A stretch of DNA of 54,855 bases from positions 1 through 54,855 of IMG/VR virus record IMGVR_UViG_3300002144_000245; one strand, written 5' to 3'. Within the stretch, counting starts at the first letter, position 1, and each line of letters starts with the position of its first letter. This DNA is from a virus (Duplodnaviria; Caudoviricetes). The notes under the pieces are model-generated. The model had not been told where the DNA came from. It ran no database searches and saw only the letters and a list, made by a program, of their open reading frames with translations. Below are positions 1-7,946 of this stretch, in pieces. The position numbers and the translations under genes are program-made.

Positions 1-420
1 ACCCCCACTACCAAATCCTGCGGCTGCGGCAGATGCTGATGTTAAATATCCGAATTCTGTAATTTGAACGGAACCACTAATTGTTCCTGGAGGAACTGTG
101 CCTGATACTGCAGCTTGTATTTGACCTGAAAGTGTACTTACATCACTTGTAAGTATAGTTATCCGTGAATCAAATGACTCAGATATTGGTGGGAATGTCG
201 ATTGTCTGAAATTTGTATTAGCAACAATAGAATTCTTTTGAAATGCTGAAATTGTTACTGGTTTATTTTGTAGGTCATTGTAGTTGATTTGGGTCGATGC
301 GGATACTACACCATCTGGTAAGCTTGAAATTACCTGCGCTGACGATGATAATACACCATTCGTTGATGCGATGTCCCCATAAAATGAACCACTAAATGAA
401 CCTGTATAGTCAAATGGCAT
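1..420 (-). CDS. Ser/Gly/Thr-rich virion structural (tail fibre-like) protein, runs off the window edge
   Basis: Not in the ORF track. ATG at 420 with GGAG upstream; open frame to base 1 (MPFDYTGSFSGSFYGDIASTNGVLSSSAQV...GFGSGG); TGSF/SGS/SAS-rich like the tail proteins in this window. Confidence 0.6.
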   Translation of the reverse strand, partial: MPFDYTGSFSGSFYGDIASTNGVLSSSAQVISSLPDGVVSASTQINYNDLQNKPVTISAFQKNSIVANTNFRQSTFPPISESFDSRITILTSDVSTLSGQIQAAVSGTVPPGTISGSVQITEFGYLTSASAAAAGFGSGG

Positions 421-455
421 ATAATTCTCCGATAATTAAGATACTTTACTCACAC

Positions 456-463
456 TATAAATA
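456..463 (-). promoter_or_regulatory. Candidate phage late promoter motif TATTTATA
   Basis: Same coding-strand motif recurs in most intergenic gaps upstream of structural genes. Confidence 0.5.
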
Positions 464-481
464 GTAAGTTTTTTTATCAAC

Positions 482-1144
482 TTATTGATATGAGTATAAT
501 AATTGTAAAACTTCATTTAAAGCTTCGTGTCTGTGATTATCTTTTAAAGTCACAGTGTATACATATCGTGAATCTTTTAATTTTGGTACGTCATGTACTG
601 CTGAATCGTTATTAGACTTTAAATCGATTTGTTGGGGGTCTCCTGTAAATATCATAGTCGAACCCTTACCCAACCTACCCAGCACCATTGCAAGTTGCTG
701 TTTTGTTAGATTTTGAAACTCGTCGATTATACAAATACAGTTATCAAACGTTCTACCTCTAAAATGTGTCAACGATACCAATTCAATAGTCTCATCCTTT
801 TCCATTTTTTCTAAAATATCAGGTTTATTATAAACTTTCCTCATATTTGACCGAATTGGGACTAACCATGGTTCCATTTTTTCTTCTAAAGAGCCAGGAA
901 GAAACCCATTGTCCTCATTTGAAACTGTGGGTCGTGTAATTACAATTTTATTTGTTTTTCGTTTGAAATATGAGTCCAATGCAATTTGAACTGCTAATAA
1001 TGTTTTACCACTTCCGGCTTTTCCTAAAATAAAATTGAATGGGTGGTCAAGAATGTTTGCTTTTGCAATCTTTTGTTCATCTGATAATGTAATTGTGAAT
1101 TTAATATCACCTTTTGGTACGCGTTTCTCTAAATTTTCTGGCAT
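482..1144 (-). CDS. phoH: PhoH-family ATPase
   Basis: GKAGSGKT Walker A, ITRP, GFLPGSLEEKMEPW, RGRTF, IIDEFQN and GDPQQIDL motifs. Confidence 0.95.
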   Translation of the reverse strand: MPENLEKRVPKGDIKFTITLSDEQKIAKANILDHPFNFILGKAGSGKTLLAVQIALDSYFKRKTNKIVITRPTVSNEDNGFLPGSLEEKMEPWLVPIRSNMRKVYNKPDILEKMEKDETIELVSLTHFRGRTFDNCICIIDEFQNLTKQQLAMVLGRLGKGSTMIFTGDPQQIDLKSNNDSAVHDVPKLKDSRYVYTVTLKDNHRHEALNEVLQLLYSYQ

Positions 1145-1201
1145 AAACCATCCTTATATTATTTGTATAACGTTCTTTAATATAAGTATCACCATGGCAA
1201 T

Positions 1202-1228
1202 AAAAAAGGGGGTGATTTCTCACCCCCT
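1202..1228 (-). terminator. Rho-independent terminator after the major capsid gene
   Basis: AGGGGGTGA-GAAA-TCACCCCCT followed by a T run on the minus strand. Confidence 0.9.
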
Positions 1229-1254
1229 CTCTTAATTTACTTTAAAGATATTGA

Positions 1255-2886
1255 TTATCCCAAAGTGTTCAAATGACCTACATATACTTTACCATAGAAT
1301 TCACCACGAACCATTTGTTTAGCGTAACGAGTCATTACACCTTTTCTTGGTTGGAAATTCTTAGGGTCGTATACAAGAGGAGTCATAATTAATGGAATAT
1401 ATGGAGCATAAACAGCACCAGTTTCCAAGAATTGAGAACCTTTGAAACCTAACAAGATAACATTTTCAGTCATGTAAGGATTCTTGTAAACTTGATAACG
1501 ATTAGCGAATGAACCTACTTGAGAAACACCCATAGCAAAATTCATTTCATTACCCGTACCAGAAGCAGCAAACCCTGGGATAGACTCAAGGATTGTAGCA
1601 ACGTCAGGAGAAACTACCATAAAGTTAGCTCCACCTCTCATGGTTTTAGCATGAATTTGGTTAGATACTCTCTGAAGAACAGTACCAATAGTTTGGAACC
1701 ATTGTTGTTGAGTGTAACGAGCAGCTGTTCCACCATCGGCGAAATTAGAACCACCCCATTCGTAACCTACTTTAGCAGACCAATGACCAACAGTCAAAGC
1801 GTTCTCCATCAACATATCTAAGATTTCGAGGTCGATTTCTTGAGAGATGTATTCAGATAACATTGAAGTCAATTCAGCTTCAGCATCGATTGAATGATAA
1901 GCGTTCAAATCTTGAGCAAATTCAGGAGTCCATTGTGCTTTCAACTTACGAGTCTTAGCAACGATTGGCACAGAGCGTAACTCTACGTTCAATTCAGGAA
2001 TACCTAAATCACTTTCAGGGTTAGCAGCGAAACCAGCACCAGTTTGTTCGAAGTCACCACGAGAGATGTCAGCTGGTTGTTTTTGGTATTTAACAACACA
2101 GTTTGCTACAGTAAAGGCATCACCGATAGAACCGGCAACTTCAACAACGAAACGTACATTAGTACCAACGATAGAAGTGTAAGCTGGGTAATATTGAACA
2201 ATACCTGAACCAGAGATATCAAAGGCTCTAACGCCTTCAGCGTCATAACCTGTCAATGAAGCAACAGCAACAGATACAGTACCAAGGTTAGTATCAGCAG
2301 TAGCAGCCGATGCAGAGAATGCAGCGTCGTATCCAATTACAGCAAGACCACTAGCAACGCCAGTAGCAACAGATGCAGATGCGTGGTTAGTTAATGTTGC
2401 AGTAGTTGCGTCATTCATAGAATAACCGAAACGACCAGCACCATAAAGACCTTCAGAAGCATTACCTGCAGTTTCGGTGATACCGAATACTGAGTCAGCT
2501 TGAGAGTTTTTACCAGCACCAGTTTCAAATCCTGGCTGAGCAGTACCATACTTGAAATCCAAGTAAAATACAAGGCCAGAAGGCAAGTTCATTGGTTGTA
2601 CAGAAACGAATTCTTTAGCAGCGATTTCGCTGAAGATACGTCTTACTAATGGAAGAGCGACACCAGACCACTCTTCAGAGTTTGCAGAAGTACCTGTGCT
2701 TGAAGCTTCAGATACTAATTGCTTTGCTTGGTTTTCCAACAAAGTAGCGATTGTACTTCTTTCGAAGTCGTTAGCGATACCTTCTAAAAGACCTGTCTTT
2801 TCCCACTTAGAGACTAATCCCTTAGATTCTTCAGACATCTTTTTGTTGAAACCAGCAGATTCATTTAATAAAGATTTTGTATTCAT
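1255..2886 (-). CDS. Major capsid protein, T4 gp23-like
   Basis: ATLLENQ, LPLVRR, VSVQPMNLPSGLVFYLDF, AKTRKLKAQWTPEFAQDLNAYH, DAEAELTSMLSEYISQEID, YAPYIPL, GVMTRYA. Confidence 0.97.
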   Translation of the reverse strand: MNTKSLLNESAGFNKKMSEESKGLVSKWEKTGLLEGIANDFERSTIATLLENQAKQLVSEASSTGTSANSEEWSGVALPLVRRIFSEIAAKEFVSVQPMNLPSGLVFYLDFKYGTAQPGFETGAGKNSQADSVFGITETAGNASEGLYGAGRFGYSMNDATTATLTNHASASVATGVASGLAVIGYDAAFSASAATADTNLGTVSVAVASLTGYDAEGVRAFDISGSGIVQYYPAYTSIVGTNVRFVVEVAGSIGDAFTVANCVVKYQKQPADISRGDFEQTGAGFAANPESDLGIPELNVELRSVPIVAKTRKLKAQWTPEFAQDLNAYHSIDAEAELTSMLSEYISQEIDLEILDMLMENALTVGHWSAKVGYEWGGSNFADGGTAARYTQQQWFQTIGTVLQRVSNQIHAKTMRGGANFMVVSPDVATILESIPGFAASGTGNEMNFAMGVSQVGSFANRYQVYKNPYMTENVILLGFKGSQFLETGAVYAPYIPLIMTPLVYDPKNFQPRKGVMTRYAKQMVRGEFYGKVYVGHLNTLG

Positions 2887-2917
2887 CTTATTATTTCCTT
2901 TTTAGGTTTTTAATTAT

Positions 2918-3898
2918 TTAAATTAGACCAGCTAACTTCTTAAATCTATTAGCAACTTCACTACCTTCAGAAAGAATTTCTCTCTTTGGTGCTGAAGACT
3001 TCATAGGCTTAGAAGCAAGTGATTCTTTAACAACTGTTTTTGGTTTACGAGCAACATTCAAGTTTTCACCTAATGTAGCGTAAACTAATTTTACTTCTCT
3101 TAATGAAGCAGTTCTATCGAAATTTTCGATAACCTTCATTTTTTGTGACTCATTCAAATCAAAAGTTCTGAATAACTTGTTAGTGTAAAGAAGTTTAGCG
3201 TTTAACAAGTTAACTTCGTTGATAGTTGTTCTTAAAGACTGAATAGTCTTGTAAGCTTCTTCCAACTGAGCAGCTGTTTCATCTTCTTCTTCGGTTTCTT
3301 CTTCAGTTACTTCTTCTTCGTCAGCCATTTCTTTTAAGGTACGGATGATTTCGTTGATGTCTAATTCTTCGTCAGAATCCATGTCTTCTTCGTCAATCGC
3401 TTCTTCAGCGTCTTCTTCGTAAGTCATTTCGTCTTCGTCTTCTTCAGTAACAACATCTTCTTCATCATCACCAAGAGCAGCTTCAAGTTCAGCAATTACG
3501 GATTCAAGGTCTAAGTCATCTTCTTCAGTTGACTCTTCTTCTTCACCAGTAACATCGTACTCTTCACCTTCTTCGTCAGAATCCATTTCCATGTATTCTT
3601 CTTCTGCCGTTTCACCAGCCTCATGCTCTTCAGAGCCTTCACCTTCTTCTTCAGTCACGTCATCTTCTGTACCATGCTCATCTTCAGACATTTCGTCTTC
3701 AGCAGTAGGTACTTCGATATCCATCTCATCTTCTTCCTCAAGTTCCTCGTCTTCGAGTTCTTCAGCAATCTTATGAGATAACATAGATTGAAGTTTTGGA
3801 GTGAATGCCTCTTCGAGAGCCATCTTAGCGTTTGCGAGTGCAGTTTCCTTTACGGCTTTAGCGTCAGCAATTGCTTCTTTTAACAAATCTGATTTCAT
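2918..3898 (-). CDS. Prohead core/scaffold protein
   Basis: Directly upstream of the capsid gene; very acidic with many VTEE/LEE sites; coiled-coil C-terminus ending RFKKLAGLI; AGGAG RBS. Confidence 0.8.
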   Translation of the reverse strand: MKSDLLKEAIADAKAVKETALANAKMALEEAFTPKLQSMLSHKIAEELEDEELEEEDEMDIEVPTAEDEMSEDEHGTEDDVTEEEGEGSEEHEAGETAEEEYMEMDSDEEGEEYDVTGEEEESTEEDDLDLESVIAELEAALGDDEEDVVTEEDEDEMTYEEDAEEAIDEEDMDSDEELDINEIIRTLKEMADEEEVTEEETEEEDETAAQLEEAYKTIQSLRTTINEVNLLNAKLLYTNKLFRTFDLNESQKMKVIENFDRTASLREVKLVYATLGENLNVARKPKTVVKESLASKPMKSSAPKREILSEGSEVANRFKKLAGLI

Positions 3899-4052
3899 TT
3901 GTTTTCTCCTAAATTAATTTTTGGATAATAAGATTATTGGGAATCTTAATAGAATATAAATTTTTCTAATAATAGTAATCACTCATTAGAGGAGTGATAT
4001 TTTTCTCTAATAAATAGAGGTATTTTTTTTAAAACGATAAAGTGTTTACCAT

Positions 4053-4349
4053 TTATTCTTCTCGGCGTCTACGAACCCATTCAGTTCGTATTGCTTGGTT
4101 TTTGGCTTCTCTTCGTTTCGTAGTTGGTTTTATATATTCTTTTCTGTCACGAAGTTCATCCATGATACCACTATCCTTTACAATTCGCTTCCATGCGCGA
4201 AGTGCTGATTCAAGGTTACCATTGATAACTTTAACTCCCATCGCATGTCCATAAAGATATGGTTCTTGTCTTGGGGGTCTTTTCTTTTTGTCGTCTCTAC
4301 GATTTTGAGTGTCGTCTCTACGATTTTGATTTTGGTCGTTGTCTTGCAT
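4053..4349 (-). CDS. rpsU: Phage-encoded ribosomal protein bS21 with an N-terminal extension
   Basis: VKVINGNLESALRAWKRIVKDSGIMDELRDRKEYIKPTTKRREAK matches the bS21 pattern (V..N.E.ALR.FKR....G...E.R.R..Y.KP...R). Confidence 0.88.
   Translation of the reverse strand: MQDNDQNQNRRDDTQNRRDDKKKRPPRQEPYLYGHAMGVKVINGNLESALRAWKRIVKDSGIMDELRDRKEYIKPTTKRREAKNQAIRTEWVRRRREE
4289..4329. repeat. 21-bp tandem duplication in the bS21 N-terminal extension (QNRRDD x2)
   Basis: tgtcgtctctacgattttga at 4289-4308 and 4310-4329. Confidence 0.95.
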
Positions 4350-4366
4350 ATACTTGTTTTATATAT

Positions 4367-4401
4367 AAAAAAATACACCTACCAAACTAATGATAGATGT
4401 A
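4367..4401 (-). terminator. Terminator-like hairpin immediately upstream of rpsU
   Basis: TACATCTATCA-TTAGTT-TGGTAGGTGTA-TTTTTTT on the minus strand (11-bp stem with two G-U pairs). Confidence 0.7.
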
Positions 4402-4429
4402 TATAAATATTGAAAAATTGTTTATAAAG

Positions 4430-4792
4430 TTATTTTACAGTTAATATATTTGCTTCAGTAACTACTGATTCATACACACCCTCTGATAAATCATCTAATC
4501 CGTTTTTGAAATCACCAAGTAATTTACCAAATTGCTTTTGCTTATCAGTTGGTAGTCTTTTAATCTTAGGTATATTCTTTTTGATGAACATAGAAAAGTC
4601 TGCACTTATTTCTTGCATTCTATCCACGTCACCCGTGCCTTCGGACACAGAGTCTGCACTATCAATGTCATCATCAGATGAATCATCGGCCATAGTCTCG
4701 GCCATAGTTTGTTTCATCTTAATCAATTTAGAAGATGGTAATTCCCCACCACCTAAAAATGTTTCGTTAAGTAAGCTTTTTAGATTTATCAT
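4430..4792 (-). CDS. Hypothetical protein, candidate internal head protein
   Basis: N-terminal MINLKSLLNE leader and ESVVTE linker; located in the head operon. Confidence 0.6.
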   Translation of the reverse strand: MINLKSLLNETFLGGGELPSSKLIKMKQTMAETMADDSSDDDIDSADSVSEGTGDVDRMQEISADFSMFIKKNIPKIKRLPTDKQKQFGKLLGDFKNGLDDLSEGVYESVVTEANILTVK

Positions 4793-5781
4793 TTTATTTT
4801 TCCCTTTGCGATATCTCGTTGAAGTTGGTCAGCTGCATTTTGTACATCTACGACAGCTTGGTTGATTGGTACATTACGATATTTACCAAGTTTTTTAACT
4901 GCCATAAGTACGATTCTTAATTCTTCTGATGATGGACTTTCATTAATAACTGCCTCACCAAACATCTCATCATCAAAATAAAGAGCACTCATGTAATCTT
5001 TTAGTTTTGCGTTTTTAAAATCACCTTTAAACTTTTCTAATGCTCTACGAGCTTTTAAAGCCGATTTAGCTGGAACAACAAAGAATCCATTCTTTTCACC
5101 ACCCTTTTTCGTTTGTGCTGAAACTACCTGAGCCTTCATTCCAGTTCCAGCAGAATTACCTTTTGGGTCAATTAAAGTCCACTTATCACCTTCGTTTAAA
5201 ATGTTGGTTAGTTTCATTGAGGTTTTTTCAGTAACTACTGATTCTTTAGCGAAGTCTTTTGCGTTCTCTTTGTCTTCTTTATCAACGGATGTTACTTTGT
5301 ACTCTTTACCATCAACGTCAAATGAATCATCGCCAGCAGCGATAGCTTTAGCTCTATTAGCTCCAAACTCGTTACCTTCTTTGATTTCGTAATATTTACC
5401 AAGAACTTCACCAATTTCATCATAAGTTGACTCTAATCGTTGTTGAAGAGTGTTTACTTCTTTGATTGTATTAGAGAATATTTTGAATGACTCATTCATA
5501 GACTTCATGTGTCTACCAACAGTTACTTTATCAAACCAATCGCCGGTTTCTTTAATGGTAACTTTATTAGCGTTCTCTACGATACCTTTAATAGATTCGT
5601 GGATTTCGGACAAATTACCTTTATGAGAAATCATCTCACCAAATTGTCTATAAGCAGAAACTGCTTCAACAAACGCTCTTTTTTCTTCGTTTGTCATTCC
5701 TTTTTCTTTCTCTTCACCAACATTCATTCGTCTATAATCTAAATGTTGAGATTCGTTAAGTAGGTCTTTTAGTTTTTTCAT
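4789..5781 (-). CDS. Modular hypothetical protein, candidate internal head polyprotein
   Basis: MKKLKDLLNE leader; IKE, ESVVTE, ILNE and VINE junctions; shares DNA segments with ORF 13862..15166. Confidence 0.65.
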   Translation of the reverse strand: MKKLKDLLNESQHLDYRRMNVGEEKEKGMTNEEKRAFVEAVSAYRQFGEMISHKGNLSEIHESIKGIVENANKVTIKETGDWFDKVTVGRHMKSMNESFKIFSNTIKEVNTLQQRLESTYDEIGEVLGKYYEIKEGNEFGANRAKAIAAGDDSFDVDGKEYKVTSVDKEDKENAKDFAKESVVTEKTSMKLTNILNEGDKWTLIDPKGNSAGTGMKAQVVSAQTKKGGEKNGFFVVPAKSALKARRALEKFKGDFKNAKLKDYMSALYFDDEMFGEAVINESPSSEELRIVLMAVKKLGKYRNVPINQAVVDVQNAADQLQRDIAKGKIK

Positions 5782-6422
5782 AGTTTTACTCCAAAGTCAC
5801 ATTCACAATATCCACCAACTTCACACATGATATCTCTCATAAGTGTATTAGCTTTTTTGTATTTATAAGTATTTGATTTTTTGGTAACACCTTCTTTGAT
5901 GATACCTTCATTTTTTGGAGATAGGAAAGCGCCTTGAGTTGATGGGTTTGATACAAAATCCCAACAGATTAAATCAAAATCACTTTCTACGGCAACTGTT
6001 TCTTCTCCTATTTGTTTAACCGAGCCCATACCTCTTGATGATATACCAACAGTACACCCAGCTTTAATAATTTCTTGTAAGATTGTACCGGCCGGCGTAT
6101 TTAAAATTTCAACTGTACCAATAACATCATCACCCTTCCATTCAACAGAACGAACGATGTGAGATGTATTCTTTAATTCTACAATTGCTGATTCAGGATG
6201 GTCAAGTTCACCGTATGCACGATTTTCTTTAATCTCCCTACCTATATATTTCTTAACTTCTCGTTCAAGAATATTACGAGGGTACACTCTACCATTTTGG
6301 TTTTTAGCATCGGCTCTTTGTAGTACACCACTAACTAAAAATCGACCATGCTTTTCAGCTGACTCTTTTAACATAGTGGGTGTTACGTTGAACACTATAG
6401 TATCTACGAGTAATTGTTTCAT
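5778..6422 (-). CDS. Prohead core protease, T4 gp21-like
   Basis: GVLQRADAKNQNGRVYP, GELDHP, SH and GISSRGMGS motifs. True start is probably the ATG at 6422 (TAATG overlap, GGGAG RBS), not 6434. Confidence 0.95.
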   Translation of the reverse strand: MKQLLVDTIVFNVTPTMLKESAEKHGRFLVSGVLQRADAKNQNGRVYPRNILEREVKKYIGREIKENRAYGELDHPESAIVELKNTSHIVRSVEWKGDDVIGTVEILNTPAGTILQEIIKAGCTVGISSRGMGSVKQIGEETVAVESDFDLICWDFVSNPSTQGAFLSPKNEGIIKEGVTKKSNTYKYKKANTLMRDIMCEVGGYCECDFGVKL

Positions 6423-6562
6423 TAATTCTCCCAAACTTTCTTTTTACGATATAAGTCAAAGAAGACTCTAGCTAATTCTCTACGAATCAACATACGAATT
6501 TCCTCAAGGTCTTTGACATCGAGTTCTTCGTTAATTTGTTTCTTATTACAACCACATCCCAT
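6422..6562 (-). CDS. Small 46-aa hypothetical protein below the ORF-track cutoff
   Basis: MGCGCNKKQINEELDVKDLEEIRMLIRRELARVFFDLYRKKKVWEN; fills the gap exactly and its TAA overlaps the protease ATG. Confidence 0.75.
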   Translation of the reverse strand: MGCGCNKKQINEELDVKDLEEIRMLIRRELARVFFDLYRKKKVWEN

Positions 6563-6563
6563 A

Positions 6564-7070
6564 TTATGCACCTAAGTCTCTAATATTACGTGTAATCTTT
6601 AACATTCGTTCTGAAATCTTCCCAAATCTAATTTTTGTAGATTCCCAAAACTGACCTTGGTTCACACCCATTTCAGTTTTAAGTTTGCTATTTTGATTTA
6701 CGAGGTGTTCAACTTCATAAAGTTTTCTATTAATTTCTTTAATAGCCAAATTTACTTTTTTCTTAGCGGACATCGACTCATCTTTTTTATAAGCACGATA
6801 TGTAGCCTCTATTAAATTTTCTAACTTAGATTCCATTTTATTAATTGATTCAAAATTAGTTTGAGTCTTTTTTGGTTTTTTATATCCCAAAACTTCAATG
6901 TGGTCTATGTCTAAGTTATCTTCATCTTTACTTTTTGCAAATGCTGCTGGTGTTTTGATAGGACCAGCCCCACCATCCATATTGGATGTAACATTAGCTT
7001 CTTCTAACTCATCGTTAGATTCTAATTCGATGAATTTGTTATCTAATTGCTCTAATAAAAATTTTGACAT
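6564..7070 (-). CDS. Hypothetical head-cluster protein
   Basis: 168-aa ORF tightly packed between head genes; LLE/LEE/LIE sites. Confidence 0.7.
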   Translation of the reverse strand: MSKFLLEQLDNKFIELESNDELEEANVTSNMDGGAGPIKTPAAFAKSKDEDNLDIDHIEVLGYKKPKKTQTNFESINKMESKLENLIEATYRAYKKDESMSAKKKVNLAIKEINRKLYEVEHLVNQNSKLKTEMGVNQGQFWESTKIRFGKISERMLKITRNIRDLGA

Positions 7071-7071
7071 A

Positions 7072-7908
7072 TTATAACCCCGTTACTTCGTCAAGTAGTT
7101 CATGGTATCTTAGAATTGAAAGAACCTGAGATTCACTTATTATTTTTGATTTGGCAATGTTATCCATAAGATTTACAGTTTCTTTTAATTTGATTTGAGA
7201 AACTATATCAGTTAATTTAATTTTAGAAAACTCACCTTTTAATCTTTTAACTTCAGTTACAATAAATTTTCGTAGATTTTCTGAATTATCTACATTATTA
7301 ATGTAAGTACGAAGAACTTTCTTTTGAGATTCCGATAAGTTAGTGTATTTTGAGTTGAATGAATCTACTAAAAACTTATAAGCTAACATACGAATCTCTT
7401 TTGGTAGAGCTGCGTAATCCTTATCAACTGACTCTGTTATAACTTTAACATCAGCCTTTGTAATAGTTTCTAAAATTACATTCTTACATTCAACATACTC
7501 TTTTGGGGATACACTTTGTGTGTTTTCAAATAACTTAAACACGGAAGCCATCTCACGGTAATTAGAAACACGGTATTTAAAGAAGTCTTCCATAACAAAT
7601 GATTCTTTGATTGATTTAATCAAATTATATTTTTGTCTGCGAAGAATTGCTTCATTTAAATTAACTCGTTCTTGTAGAATGATGTTAACAAACTCCTGAG
7701 CCTTATATTGTGAATCAAAGTTTTCTTTGGTAAGTGCTTGATACATTTTCAATTCTTTAGAAAGTTCAGTACCTTTCTTAAAATGATTTTTAATTACCTC
7801 AAGGGCAAGGGAATCTTTACCCGCTAATGTATCTGAAGCGATTCGCCTTACGAGTAGCTCGAAAAGTATACCCGTATTCTTAAATTTACTATGTTTAAGT
7901 TTAGTCAT
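7072..7908 (-). CDS. Conserved hypothetical head-cluster protein (helical)
   Basis: 278-aa ORF downstream of portal, preceded by the TATTTATA motif at 7936-7943. Confidence 0.7.
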   Translation of the reverse strand: MTKLKHSKFKNTGILFELLVRRIASDTLAGKDSLALEVIKNHFKKGTELSKELKMYQALTKENFDSQYKAQEFVNIILQERVNLNEAILRRQKYNLIKSIKESFVMEDFFKYRVSNYREMASVFKLFENTQSVSPKEYVECKNVILETITKADVKVITESVDKDYAALPKEIRMLAYKFLVDSFNSKYTNLSESQKKVLRTYINNVDNSENLRKFIVTEVKRLKGEFSKIKLTDIVSQIKLKETVNLMDNIAKSKIISESQVLSILRYHELLDEVTGL

Positions 7909-7946
7909 CGTAAACCTTCTATTATTATTCTACTTTATAAATATAC

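Noticed and set aside
3280-3770. GAA/GAT-rich low-complexity stretch as a repeat element
   Set aside because: Explained by the acidic region of the scaffold protein
6423-6434. ORF-track start of the protease at 6434 (MGELMKQ)
   Set aside because: It is a TTG inside the upstream 46-aa gene; the ATG at 6422 has a GGGAG RBS and TAATG coupling
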